Shown in pieces: positions 48,418 to 58,681 of a stretch of DNA of 64,000 nt (position 1 is its first letter; each line of letters starts with the position of its first letter). The notes beneath the pieces are model-generated. The model did not search any database and had not been told where the DNA came from. It saw only the letters and a list, made by a program, of their open reading frames with translations. The DNA is from Treponemataceae bacterium. GTDB taxonomy: Bacteria; Spirochaetota; Spirochaetia; Treponematales; Rectinemataceae. Position numbers and translations under genes: made by a program. The stretch is taken from positions 512,001-576,000 of the forward strand of contig CAXXVZ010000003.1 of the NCBI GenBank assembly GCA_963678065.2, given 5' to 3'.

Positions 48418-50415
48418 ATGCCCTGGATAGCAATTGTCGAGGACGAAGCTATCGTCGCCCTCGATATCAGCAAGACCCTCCAGCGCCGCGGTCATGAGGT
48501 GGCAGGCATCTTCGATTCAGGCGAGGATCTGCTCGTATCCCTCGAAACCATCCGCCCCGACCTCATTCTCATGGATGTCCATATCAAAGGAAGTCTCGAC
48601 GGAATCGAAACATCTGCAATCATCCACGACAAGTACCGGATTCCTGTTATCCTCCTCACGGCCCACGCCGAGGCCGATACCGTCGCGCGGGCGACGCGAT
48701 CGGAACCCTATGCCTACATACTGAAACCCTTCGAAGAGAGGGAACTCGCTGCCGCAATCGAGGTGGCTCTCTACAGGGCTGTGATGGAGGCGAAAAACCG
48801 GGACAGCGAAGAGAAATACCGACGACTCTTCGTAGACGGCCTCTCTGCGCACGTACTCTGTGATTCCGAAGGCCTGATACTTGAGGCCAACCGCGCGTTC
48901 AGGACCCTTACCGGAATGAGGGAAGAGGAGGGGCACGGTGGTCTGTCCTCTCTCTTCGTCGATCCCTTCGATTGGGAGCGCATCAAAGTGGGATTGGATG
49001 CCTCGGGTTTTTTCCCGCAGACGGAACTGAATATCCGCGACCGCGGCGGCGGAATTCACGTAGTCCTTGCGCAGGCGGTGCGGATCCACAGCGATGGACG
49101 GGCGCCGGATCTCATTCAGGGAGAGTTCGTCGATCTCACTGAACGGCGCAGACTCGAAGACAGCCTCATTCATGCCCAGAAGATGGACGCTGTCGGAAAA
49201 CTCGCGGGTGGAGTCGCCCACGATTTCAACAACATTCTGACTGCCATCATCGGATACGCAGATATGCTCGCCGCCGAGACCGAGCTGGACAAAACCGCGG
49301 CCGAAGATCTCCACGGCATCAGGACCACAGCCATCAAAGCTGCAGGTCTCACCCGCCAGCTTCTTGCCTTTTCAAGAAAACAGCCATATTCTCCATCGGT
49401 CTTCAACCTGAATGTTCTCGTGCGCGATTCCGAGAAAATGTTCAGACGTCTCCTGCCTCCCCGGATCACCCTTGCCGTGCAAGCTTACGCCCCGCAGGCT
49501 GAAGTCCTCGCGGATTCCGGGCAGATCGGACAAGCCCTCCTCAATCTGATAGTCAATGCGCGCGACGCCATGCCCGAAGGGGGAAGCATCACCGTCAGGA
49601 CTGAAAACAGGGTTCTTTCCCACGCATTGGATACCGGAAGAGGTCATGTCATTGAAGCTGGAGGCTATGCCGCGGTCTTTGTCGCCGACACTGGTCCGGG
49701 CATTCCTTCCGGACTCGCACAGTCCATTTTTCAGCCCTTTTTCACGACCAAATCGGAAGGGAAAGGTACGGGTCTGGGGCTCTCCATCGTGGACAGCATC
49801 ATGCGGAGAAGCAAGGGAGCGGTATTCCTTGAAGAAAATGAAGCGAGGGAAGAGCAAGCCTCTTCCGCCTCATCGGCAGGAGGCCCCGGCGCGAAATTCA
49901 CGCTCTGGATTCCCTTGGCATCTGAACTCGCGGAGGGCACAAGCGTGGCCACAGAATCAGCGAATCCCGGAAACGCAGAGCGGCTCCTTCCCCCCTGCGG
50001 ACAGGGACTCCCGCCGGGAAAGAAGATCCTGATCGTAGATGACGATGAAACGATCGTCGAGGTCGCCTCGAGGATGCTCGACAGGGCGGGATTCCGCACA
50101 ATCGGAGCGGTCAACGCGGGAGAAGCCCTCCTCATCGCGGAGTCATCCCCCGCCTCTCTCGGCCTCGTGATCGCCGATGTGATCATGCCGCACATGGACG
50201 GTGAGACGCTCTGTCAAAGACTTGTAGGCATGATTCCCGGACTCAAGGTTCTCCTCATGTCGGGCCATCCGGAATGGATACCCGACAGCGAAGAGCTTGG
50301 GTCGAAAGGGAACATCTTTCTCGCAAAACCTTTCACCGAGGAAAGACTCCTCGAAACAGTCTCTCAGGTTCTTGCGGCGCGGGGCCTGTTTTCAGGCGCC
50401 AGCACGAGCCGGTAA
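48418..50415 (+). CDS. hybrid sensor histidine kinase (REC-PAS-HisKA-HATPase-REC)
   Basis: VEDE...ILMD, GVAHDFNN, NARDAM, DTGPG, FFTTK..GKGTGLGL, VDDD...ADVIMP. Confidence 0.92.
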   Translation: MPWIAIVEDEAIVALDISKTLQRRGHEVAGIFDSGEDLLVSLETIRPDLILMDVHIKGSLDGIETSAIIHDKYRIPVILLTAHAEADTVARATRSEPYAYILKPFEERELAAAIEVALYRAVMEAKNRDSEEKYRRLFVDGLSAHVLCDSEGLILEANRAFRTLTGMREEEGHGGLSSLFVDPFDWERIKVGLDASGFFPQTELNIRDRGGGIHVVLAQAVRIHSDGRAPDLIQGEFVDLTERRRLEDSLIHAQKMDAVGKLAGGVAHDFNNILTAIIGYADMLAAETELDKTAAEDLHGIRTTAIKAAGLTRQLLAFSRKQPYSPSVFNLNVLVRDSEKMFRRLLPPRITLAVQAYAPQAEVLADSGQIGQALLNLIVNARDAMPEGGSITVRTENRVLSHALDTGRGHVIEAGGYAAVFVADTGPGIPSGLAQSIFQPFFTTKSEGKGTGLGLSIVDSIMRRSKGAVFLEENEAREEQASSASSAGGPGAKFTLWIPLASELAEGTSVATESANPGNAERLLPPCGQGLPPGKKILIVDDDETIVEVASRMLDRAGFRTIGAVNAGEALLIAESSPASLGLVIADVIMPHMDGETLCQRLVGMIPGLKVLLMSGHPEWIPDSEELGSKGNIFLAKPFTEERLLETVSQVLAARGLFSGASTSR

Positions 50416-51104
50416 AGCCTGGCCTCGATGCCGAGGGAGGATTCCGAGCCAAAGGATCGCGCTTCGCGGGGCTCGTCGTTCCTGAAACAGTCCGCGACCC
50501 GTGCCGGACGGTCAGAAAGCACGACAACCTGGTCTGCGAGGTAGACGGCCTCGGCTATGTCGTGGGTTACGATGAGGGCAGTCCGCCTCTCGTCCTTCCA
50601 CATTGCAAGGAAGGAATCCATCAGACCGAGTTTTGTCCGCAAATCGACAGCCTGGAACGCCTCGTCGAGAAGGATGAAGAGGGAGGGGTAGGCAAAGGCC
50701 CTTGCAAGGGAGAGTCTCTGTCGCATTCCCCCTGACAGGTCCGAAGGTTTTTTGCGGGAAGCCTCTGAAAGACCTGCCGCATTCAGGAAAAAATCGGTCC
50801 TCCGCAACGCATCTTCCCTGCCGAGGATACCCGAGAGCGCGAAGAGGATGTTGTGCCGCGCGTCGAGCCACGGCAAGAGGCGCGGTTCCTGAAAGGCGTA
50901 GGAGAAGGAAGTCTGACCGAAGCCTCTACGCTCCCCCTCGTCCGCATCGACGAGGCCCGCGACGATGTTGAGGAGGGTGGTCTTGCCGCAGCCCGATGGG
51001 CCGAGAACCACCGTGATGGATGCTTCCGGAATGGAGAGCGATATTCTGTCCAGCACCTCATGGCCCGCATAGGCGTGACTGATGCGATCCAGCTCAAAGG
51101 GCAT
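50364..51104 (-). CDS. ABC transporter ATP-binding protein (NitT/TauT type)
   Basis: GPSGCGKT, FQEPRLLPW, LSGGMRQR, LLDEAF. Confidence 0.92.
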   Translation of the reverse strand: MPFELDRISHAYAGHEVLDRISLSIPEASITVVLGPSGCGKTTLLNIVAGLVDADEGERRGFGQTSFSYAFQEPRLLPWLDARHNILFALSGILGREDALRRTDFFLNAAGLSEASRKKPSDLSGGMRQRLSLARAFAYPSLFILLDEAFQAVDLRTKLGLMDSFLAMWKDERRTALIVTHDIAEAVYLADQVVVLSDRPARVADCFRNDEPREARSFGSESSLGIEARLYRLVLAPENRPRAART

Positions 51105-51882
51105 GGGAGCCTGCCTTTCGGGCTGCGAGACCCAGAAGCCATTCAGAGAAACCGCAGAGTATGACCGAAGCGGCCGCCCAGGCGAAGACACTCGAAGTTT
51201 CAAGATAGACGCGCGACTCCTGCATGCCCGTGCCGATGGCGCGCGCGGGCTGACTCAACACTTCTCCGGCCACCACCACCTTCCAGCACAGCCCGAGGGC
51301 ATTCTTTGCCCCTGAAAGGATGTGGGGGGCAGCCGCAGGAAACCTCAGGCGGATGAAAAGTTCCCAGCCCGGAACACGGAAGAGTCTCGCCATTTCGAGA
51401 AGTTTCGGGTCGGACGCCATCACTCCGCCCGCCACACTGGTGTGCATGACGGGATAGGCCATGAGGAAGGCTGAAAAGACGGGAACGAAACCCGCGGGAA
51501 ACCAGAGGAGAGCAAGGAGAATGATGGCGAGCACGGGAGTGGCTCTGATCAGGGTGAGGGCGGGCGAGATGGCCACCCCGAACAGGGGAGACACTCCTGC
51601 CGCAAATCCCGTGACGCTTCCCACGGCTACGCAGAGTCCAAACGCGAAGATCACTCTCCCGAAGGTGGACATGACGGCCGAGATAAACTCGGGGCGGCCG
51701 TAGAGATCGAGAGAGACGGAAAACACGTCGGCAGGCGAGGGGAATACGATCGATTTCCCCACGAGCGAGGCGAGAAGCTGCCACAGAGCGAGGATGAGGA
51801 GGGCCGAAAGAAAGCCCGCGATGGTCCTTTTCGGCCCTGCCTCAGAACTCCGCGTAGAACGCTCCGTCGGGCAGGCTGCCAC
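51094..51882 (-). CDS. ABC transporter permease (NitT/TauT type)
   Basis: TM helices, FPSP, DPKLLEMA, WKVVVAGEV. Confidence 0.9.
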   Translation of the reverse strand: MAACPTERSTRSSEAGPKRTIAGFLSALLILALWQLLASLVGKSIVFPSPADVFSVSLDLYGRPEFISAVMSTFGRVIFAFGLCVAVGSVTGFAAGVSPLFGVAISPALTLIRATPVLAIILLALLWFPAGFVPVFSAFLMAYPVMHTSVAGGVMASDPKLLEMARLFRVPGWELFIRLRFPAAAPHILSGAKNALGLCWKVVVAGEVLSQPARAIGTGMQESRVYLETSSVFAWAAASVILCGFSEWLLGLAARKAGSHAL

Positions 51883-52798
51883 CTATGGATGCAGGAGCGA
51901 TGGCCAGAAAGGTCGCGAGCAAGGCTTCCACGGCCGGTCTCGCCTCTTTTGCTGTCAGGAACACGTAGTTGCTCCGTGGAATAGCCTTGGAGGCCACGGT
52001 GGCTTTCAGTCCCAGGTCGTGCCTCTCGACAAGAACCCCGGCCGCGGCCGGATTGCTCCTCACCCAGCCGATCGATTCACGGTAGGAAGCGAGCAACACC
52101 CTGACAGCCTCGGGCATCTCGGAGGCGAGCCGCGAAGAGACGACAAAGGCTGTCATCGGGTACGAGTTCTGTCCGGTCGCCGATTTCCAGAGAAAGTCGA
52201 TGTCGAGAGGGGATACAATGTCGGCGTTGGCCGTCCTCGCCATGGTGGCGAAAGGTTCGGGAAGGATGGCGATCCTGATCTTGCCCGCAGCGAGGGCCAT
52301 GGCAGCTTCAGGGTAGGGGAGGCTGTAATTCAGCTTCAAATCCTTTTCGGGATCGAGTCCGGCCTTTCTCAGAATAGCGCGGAAGACAAAGTCAGGCGTG
52401 GCACCCTGCCCTGCGACGCTCACCTCGCGGCCGCGCAGGTCGGAGAGCGAATGGATTGAAGGGTCGTTTGTCAGGAAGCTCACCATGCCGTTGCCAGTGA
52501 TGGCCGCGAGGCGGATGGGAATCTTCGAGGTGAAGAGCTTTGCCGCGACGTTTATAGGGAGTATCGCCGCGTCGAATTCGCCCGATATGACTTTGGCCGC
52601 GACGAGATCAGCGCTGCCGACCGCTGTCATTACGATTTTTGCGCCGGGAACGGCCGGCACCGTGTCGAACATTTTCACCATGCCAATGCCGCTCGGCCCC
52701 TTGAGTCCGGCGACAACAAGTTTGTGCAGGTCTTGCCCCTGCGCGAAGGCGGACTGAATCCCAGCCGCCACGAGAAGGATAATGATCGCTCTCTTCAC
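51842..52798 (-). CDS. ABC transporter substrate-binding protein (SsuA/THI5-like)
   Basis: Signal peptide, LKGPSG, GQGATPD, LPEPF. Confidence 0.85.
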   Translation of the reverse strand: MKRAIIILLVAAGIQSAFAQGQDLHKLVVAGLKGPSGIGMVKMFDTVPAVPGAKIVMTAVGSADLVAAKVISGEFDAAILPINVAAKLFTSKIPIRLAAITGNGMVSFLTNDPSIHSLSDLRGREVSVAGQGATPDFVFRAILRKAGLDPEKDLKLNYSLPYPEAAMALAAGKIRIAILPEPFATMARTANADIVSPLDIDFLWKSATGQNSYPMTAFVVSSRLASEMPEAVRVLLASYRESIGWVRSNPAAAGVLVERHDLGLKATVASKAIPRSNYVFLTAKEARPAVEALLATFLAIAPASIGGSLPDGAFYAEF

Positions 52799-52892
52799 AT
52801 CGACTCCCTTTTACCGGAACTGCCCGGTAAGTCTGTGACACTCCGACGTCTGGGGGCAGACATTCCGCTACCCGGACACGGTGAAAAATTTT

Positions 52893-54434
52893 CTAGTCTC
52901 CGCCTATGAGCGAGCGAAGTTCCTGCATGCGCTTCTCGTCGATCTTGACAAAAAGATTTTTTTCCTGTGTGGGAATGACAAGTCCCTTGGGGCCATCTTT
53001 CACGCGCCTAAGGTATTTGGCCTGGGTGTAATAAAGGTCTCCCTGACCGCCCGTGCGGCCCTTGGAATAATACAATGCGAGCTTGCCAGCATCGAGCAGA
53101 ATGGCGAGGGGCACGGTTTTGCCGGGTCTGGCCTTGATGAAGACGTAAGAGCCCGCCCAGTCTCTCGCGTGCAGCCACATGTCGGAACCGCGGATGTGCC
53201 GTCGGAGGAGTTCGTCATTTTCCTTCGCCGATCTCCCGACGAGAATGGTCCACCCGGAAACCTCGAGGGACAGTCCCGGATAGACTCTCTTGACCGAAGT
53301 GCGGACAGTTCCTGCCCGCGCGAGTGCTTTCGCGATCCTGAAAACTTCCGGCTCAGCCTCCAGCGCGACGAACTCTGCCTCGGCCTCCGCGAGTGAGCTC
53401 CGCAGCTCTCCGAGCTCGCGCTCCACCTCCGACAGTCCCGAAACGGCTTTCTTGTATTTCGTGTAGTATTCCCGGGCATTTTCGGCGATGTCGAGATCCG
53501 GATCGAGGGGAATACCGACTCTGCCTCCACGGAAAAAATCGTCAAGCTCCACAAAGCTGCGGCGCGAATGCCCTTTTGCTTCGCTCTCTTCCGCTCTGCC
53601 CTCTTCGGCTTTTTCGCTTCTGTCCGACCTTCCCCCAACTGTTGCGGCTGCAGCGACTTCTGCGCTGCCTATCGCTCCCATGAGTATATCCCCGAGTTCC
53701 CGGTACCGCTTTGCGCCCGAGAACTCCGCGAAACGGCGTTCGAGCCCGGCTATTCTCTCTCCGAGAAGACTCTTCCGTTTTTCGAAGCGTTCCCTCGCGA
53801 GGGCGATGAGGCGATCTCTCGAAAGTTCGGTGCCGGACGCATCGTAGAAGGATTCGACCCTTTGGTTGAAGCTTCCTTCCCCGGGTAGATCCCTGACGGC
53901 GAATACCCTCGCGCTGATGGAGGGACGGGCCGCAAGTTCCTCTTCAAGCAGGAAGGGCGCGCCGGAAACCTCTCCCTTTCCCGGTCTGCGGGCGAGAACA
54001 TCCACGATGATACCCGTGGCGTCGTCGACGAGGATGATGTTGCCCGCGCCGCTCCAGAGTCGGGCGTAGAGTCTGTAGCGAACCTGCATCATCTCGCCAG
54101 AGCCTTCGGAGGTTTCGACATATGTCATTATGCCAAAACGAAGTACGCGTTCAGAACCAAGTTGGCTCAGGGATTCGATCCGCCCGTCCTTTATGCGCGA
54201 CCTGAGACATTCCATGAAGCGAAGAGGCCGCTCCGGCTTCGGGACCCGCCGGGAGAGGCTGTGAATCCTGCATCCGGAGGGAGCGATCGAAACAAGAAGC
54301 TCCGTCTCCTTCCCGGACTTGTACAGGCCGAGGATGAGTGTATCGAAAGAAGGCTGCAGGATTCGCTGGATCTGGCAGCCCGCGAGATCAAGTTCCGAAA
54401 GGACGAGGTCGATCTCCTTGTGGTTGAGCGACAT
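52893..54434 (-). CDS. NFACT/RqcH (FbpA-like) ribosome quality control protein
   Basis: F..CLRSRI, ERVL, GNIILVD, ENAREYYTKYKK, VGRSAKEND, WLHARD..GS. Confidence 0.88.
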   Translation of the reverse strand: MSLNHKEIDLVLSELDLAGCQIQRILQPSFDTLILGLYKSGKETELLVSIAPSGCRIHSLSRRVPKPERPLRFMECLRSRIKDGRIESLSQLGSERVLRFGIMTYVETSEGSGEMMQVRYRLYARLWSGAGNIILVDDATGIIVDVLARRPGKGEVSGAPFLLEEELAARPSISARVFAVRDLPGEGSFNQRVESFYDASGTELSRDRLIALARERFEKRKSLLGERIAGLERRFAEFSGAKRYRELGDILMGAIGSAEVAAAATVGGRSDRSEKAEEGRAEESEAKGHSRRSFVELDDFFRGGRVGIPLDPDLDIAENAREYYTKYKKAVSGLSEVERELGELRSSLAEAEAEFVALEAEPEVFRIAKALARAGTVRTSVKRVYPGLSLEVSGWTILVGRSAKENDELLRRHIRGSDMWLHARDWAGSYVFIKARPGKTVPLAILLDAGKLALYYSKGRTGGQGDLYYTQAKYLRRVKDGPKGLVIPTQEKNLFVKIDEKRMQELRSLIGGD

Positions 54435-54473
54435 TCAGGTCTCCATGACGGCGGCGGGAAAGCCCGCCACCGC

Positions 54474-57296
54474 TCACCGTCCGTGGCAATGCTTGTATTT
54501 CTTGCCGGAACCGCAGGGGCAGGGATCATTCCTGCCTACCTTTTCGCCAGTCCGAACCACGGTGGCTCCCTCGGGGTTCGCCGCCTCCGCGACAGTCGAG
54601 CGGGTCGGCCTTCCGTCGACAGCGCTGCCGGGGGAGGCCGATGCGCCGTGCCCCGATCTTGGGCCTGTGGCAGCGGCCGGACCGCCGCCGGCCGCACCGT
54701 AGCCTGCGGCGCTCTCGTGAGTCGTGCTTGCGGGTGTTGCGACCGGGTTTCGCGTTGCCCTGTCTTCGGAAGTCTGAATCCTGACGAGATAGACTCTGGA
54801 GGCTATCAGGTCCCGAATGCCGTCTATCATGCGGTCGAAGATTTCAAATCCTTCGAGCTTGTACTCCAGGAGAGGATTCTTCTGCCCGTAGGATCGGAGG
54901 TAGACTGCCTCGCGGAGGGCTTCCATGTTTTCGAGGTGGTCCAGCCACTTGTTGTCGATTTCCTGTAAGTACTGATACTTGATGAAGTTGTTGAGATTTT
55001 TCGCCCCTGCATACTCGAGCTTGCGTCCGAGATCGGCCTCGAGAAGGCCATTGATTGCGGCCTTGAGCTCGACAGGTCCCGAAGCTTTGGACAAAATGTC
55101 CTGCGGAAGCTGGATGTTGAATGTCTCTCGCAGGGTGGACTGGAGTCCCGCGTATGAACGCGCGTTTCCCCTTTTCCCCGAATCCTCGAGCGATTTGATA
55201 GCCGTTTCGACCATCTCTGCGGCCGTCTCCCGTATGCGCGCGAGCAGGTTCATTTCCCCGAGTATCGAGTCCCTCTGGGTATAGATGTACTTCCGCTGCT
55301 GGTTGAGAACGTCGTCATATTCGAGAAGGTGTTTGCGCACCTCGAAGTTGCGATCCTCGACGCGCTTCTGGGCGCCTTCTATTGTCTTGTTGAGAAGAGG
55401 ATGGTAGATCGGTTCTCCGGGCTTCATACCCGCCCTGCTCATAAGCTTTTTGAAGTTATCACCGCCGAAGAGCCGCATGAGATCATCGTCCAAGGAGAGG
55501 AAGAAGACCGATTTGCCCGGATCTCCCTGGCGCCCCGAGCGTCCGCGCAGCTGATTGTCGATGCGTCTGCTCTCGTGGCGCTCCGTTCCGAGTACGTAGA
55601 GGCCACCGAGACTCTTCACTTCTTCGTAGTCTTTCCGCCAGAGAGTCAACTCCGCTTCCAGGGCCGTCTGGTACTCGGAGGGAGTGGCCTGACTCCCCGC
55701 GCGCTTGTTGGCGCGGAATTCAGGATTGCCGCCGAGCTTGATGTCCGTTCCGCGGCCAGCCATGTTGGTGGCTATGGTGACCGATCCCTTGGCACCCGCT
55801 TCTGAGATGATGGTCGCCTCGCGGGCGTGGTTCTTCGCGTTGAGGACCTCGTGGCGTATTCCCCTGCGGGTGAGCAAGGAGGAGAGTATTTCTGATTTTT
55901 CGATGGAAACCGTTCCGACGAGCATGGGCTGGCCCTTCTTGTGGGTCTCGACTATCTCGTCGCAGATGGCTTCATACTTCTCGGATTCGTTGAGAAAGAC
56001 GAGGTCATCCTCATCCTTGCGCACGACAGGTCTGTTCGATGGGATAACAACGACATCAAGACTGTATATTTTATTAAACTCTGGAGCTTCGGTATCTGCC
56101 GTTCCTGTCATTCCTGATATTTTTGCATACAATCTGAAGTAATTCTGGAATGTGATTGTGGCCAGAGTGCGGTTGCGCCGCGCGACCTTGATACCTTCCT
56201 TGGCCTCGATGGCCTCGTGGAGGCCATCGGAGTACCTGCGCCCGTGCAGCATGCGCCCCGTAAACTCGTCGACGATCTGGACGAGCCCGTCCTGGACCAC
56301 ATAGTCGACATCCTTCTCGAAGAGCACGCGGGCCTTCACGGCCTGGGTGAAATAATGCACAAACTCGAAGTTGCCTTCGTCGAAGAGACTTCCTTTGATG
56401 AGACCGCGCCTTTCGAGAAGCTGTTCCATTTTGTCGAGACCGGACGAAGTGAAGCTGATCTTTTTGTTCTTCTCCTCGACCTTGTAGTCTCCGACGAGTG
56501 TTTCGCCATCCTCTTCCTTGGGATATTCGCCGGTTTCGGGTTTCTTCTCCACTTCGACCAAGGAGGCTGCGAGCCTGTTGATCTCGTTGACTTTGAAGGT
56601 GTCATCCTCGGCAGGACCGGAGATGATGAGGGGCGTTCTGGCCTCGTCGATGAGGATCGAATCGATTTCGTCGACGATGCAGTAGTTGTGACCCCTCTGG
56701 ACGCGTTGGTCCTGGCTCCAGGTCATGTTGTCGCGGAGGTAGTCGAATCCGAACTCGTTGTTTGTGCCGTAGGTGATGTCGCAGGCGTAGGAGGCCTTGC
56801 GGGCCTCGTTGTCCATGCGGGAGAGGATGCAGCCCACAGTGAGCCCGAGGAAGCGGAACACGCGTCCCATCCACTCCGAGTCTCGCTCTGCGAGGTAGTC
56901 GTTGACCGTCACGATGTGGACGCCCTTGCCTTCGAGCGCGTTCAGATAGGCCGCCGAAACGGAGGAGAGTGTCTTGCCCTCGCCGGTTTTCATTTCGACG
57001 ATCTTGCCCTGATGCAGAACGAGTCCACCGAGGATCTGGACATCGAAGGGACGCTCGCCGAGAACCCGCCGGGCGGCTTCCCGCACGAGAGCGAAGGATT
57101 CCGGCAGAATCGCGTCCACAGGCTCGCCCTCCGAGAGGCGTTTCCGGAAACCTGCGGTCTGGACGGGAAAATCCGCGTCGGGGAGCGAAAGCGCCCAACT
57201 TTCTTTGGTAGTGACAGAGTGGAGTACGGGAACCAGGGATTTGATATCGCGCTCCCTTTTGGTGCCCACCAGCGCGGAGAGGATGTTCATGCTCAT
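54474..57296 (-). CDS. secA: preprotein translocase SecA
   Basis: MKTGEGKT, DEIDSILIDEARTP, ATNMAGRGTDI, GRNDPCPCGSGKKYKHCHG; start 57296 or 57290. Confidence 0.97.
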   Translation of the reverse strand: MSMNILSALVGTKRERDIKSLVPVLHSVTTKESWALSLPDADFPVQTAGFRKRLSEGEPVDAILPESFALVREAARRVLGERPFDVQILGGLVLHQGKIVEMKTGEGKTLSSVSAAYLNALEGKGVHIVTVNDYLAERDSEWMGRVFRFLGLTVGCILSRMDNEARKASYACDITYGTNNEFGFDYLRDNMTWSQDQRVQRGHNYCIVDEIDSILIDEARTPLIISGPAEDDTFKVNEINRLAASLVEVEKKPETGEYPKEEDGETLVGDYKVEEKNKKISFTSSGLDKMEQLLERRGLIKGSLFDEGNFEFVHYFTQAVKARVLFEKDVDYVVQDGLVQIVDEFTGRMLHGRRYSDGLHEAIEAKEGIKVARRNRTLATITFQNYFRLYAKISGMTGTADTEAPEFNKIYSLDVVVIPSNRPVVRKDEDDLVFLNESEKYEAICDEIVETHKKGQPMLVGTVSIEKSEILSSLLTRRGIRHEVLNAKNHAREATIISEAGAKGSVTIATNMAGRGTDIKLGGNPEFRANKRAGSQATPSEYQTALEAELTLWRKDYEEVKSLGGLYVLGTERHESRRIDNQLRGRSGRQGDPGKSVFFLSLDDDLMRLFGGDNFKKLMSRAGMKPGEPIYHPLLNKTIEGAQKRVEDRNFEVRKHLLEYDDVLNQQRKYIYTQRDSILGEMNLLARIRETAAEMVETAIKSLEDSGKRGNARSYAGLQSTLRETFNIQLPQDILSKASGPVELKAAINGLLEADLGRKLEYAGAKNLNNFIKYQYLQEIDNKWLDHLENMEALREAVYLRSYGQKNPLLEYKLEGFEIFDRMIDGIRDLIASRVYLVRIQTSEDRATRNPVATPASTTHESAAGYGAAGGGPAAATGPRSGHGASASPGSAVDGRPTRSTVAEAANPEGATVVRTGEKVGRNDPCPCGSGKKYKHCHGR

Positions 57297-57403
57297 GGAA
57301 GATAGAATACTTTTTACGGCCTGGGGGGTCAAGTTCGCAGCGAAAGATGCAAAAGCCGCCGACATTGACACCCAGAGGAGTGCGGAGGTACTACTTTCCC
57401 AGG

Positions 57404-58681
57404 ATGAGAGTCACTGCACAGTCTCTGCGCACCTTGCTGTCCACGGGCGCGGCAATCCTCGTCGCCGTCCTCGCCTTCTCCTGTACGCGCGGTGGCGAGG
57501 GCATCGCCGTCGGCAGGGAGAAATTGTTCTCCCTCGAGTATGGCCCGGGCGAAAATCAGCTCGACCTCTTTCCCGGCGGAAAAGGAACGGAAGATCTGAA
57601 GACGCGGATAGCGATGAGGGAGGGCATTTTCCTCATCTCCAACGGTCCGGGGGCCAAGGTCTCGCGCTTCTCCTCCTTCGGCGACATCCTCTCGATGGTA
57701 TACAACCCCGAGCGTGGAGGCAAACCTTTTTTCCTCTCCGCCATCGACTCCCGTTCACAGTTGCTTCCCGGGGAGAGCGCCGTCGGACGCTTCGCCTCAC
57801 CCTATCCTTTGAGCCAGAATGGAGAAATAGCGATCGACTCAGCCCAGAATCTCTATGTCGAGGACAGGACAGGCGATTCGGGCAGAGTGAATGACCCGCA
57901 GACGGGGGACATTCTCGACAGCGTGGTGCTCAGGTTCGACAGGACTGGCAGAAATACTGGCTATCTCGGTCAGGAAGGCGTGGGGGGCACTCCCTTTCAT
58001 ACCATTTCAGCGATCCATGTCAACGAATCCGACGATTGCATCGTGATATCCGCTTCCGAAGACGAGTGGTTCGCGCACTGGTTCGACAAGCGGGGAGTCC
58101 TCGTCAAGTCGCTCCGGATCAGGCGCGACGCCCTGCCGCTACCCGAGGGCGAAAAAGACCTCATCGCCTCGCTGGATGGCATGGCCCCCGACGTGAAAGA
58201 GCGGAATCTCATTCTCAAGATCGACTACTACGCTACCGTGAAAGAGAAGACGACAGGTGCGGTGATCGGCACGGAATACCGCAGTTCGTGGATTCAGGCG
58301 CTCAGACTGGAAGACGCTTCCACGGCGTTCCGCCTCGAGATTCCTGTGCCAGGGAGAAACGGATCGGGCCTCGTGCGGAGCTCGGCCTCTGGCGGCACGC
58401 CGATTCCTGCCTTTCTCGGCCTGGCCGGAAACGAAATATTCCTCATGAGCGTCCTCTCCGACGGCACTACCCGGATTTCGGCGCTGAGCCGTTCATCCAG
58501 GAATCTCATCCGCTACGATATCCGCATACAGCCCGAAGAGATGCGCTACGCTTCCTTCTTCATCTCCCGCGAGGGTATCCTCTGCGCCCTCCTCGCGGGC
58601 GAGTACAAGGCCGATATCGTCTGGTGGCGCTTCGACAAGCTTCTCCTCAGGAGCCTGTCCGCCGAAAGGAGCCCGCAATGA
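57404..58681 (+). CDS. spirochaetal lipoprotein of unknown function (beta-rich)
   Basis: Signal peptide ending AFSC; GQEGVGGTPF motif; beta-propeller-like pattern. Confidence 0.7.
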   Translation: MRVTAQSLRTLLSTGAAILVAVLAFSCTRGGEGIAVGREKLFSLEYGPGENQLDLFPGGKGTEDLKTRIAMREGIFLISNGPGAKVSRFSSFGDILSMVYNPERGGKPFFLSAIDSRSQLLPGESAVGRFASPYPLSQNGEIAIDSAQNLYVEDRTGDSGRVNDPQTGDILDSVVLRFDRTGRNTGYLGQEGVGGTPFHTISAIHVNESDDCIVISASEDEWFAHWFDKRGVLVKSLRIRRDALPLPEGEKDLIASLDGMAPDVKERNLILKIDYYATVKEKTTGAVIGTEYRSSWIQALRLEDASTAFRLEIPVPGRNGSGLVRSSASGGTPIPAFLGLAGNEIFLMSVLSDGTTRISALSRSSRNLIRYDIRIQPEEMRYASFFISREGILCALLAGEYKADIVWWRFDKLLLRSLSAERSPQ

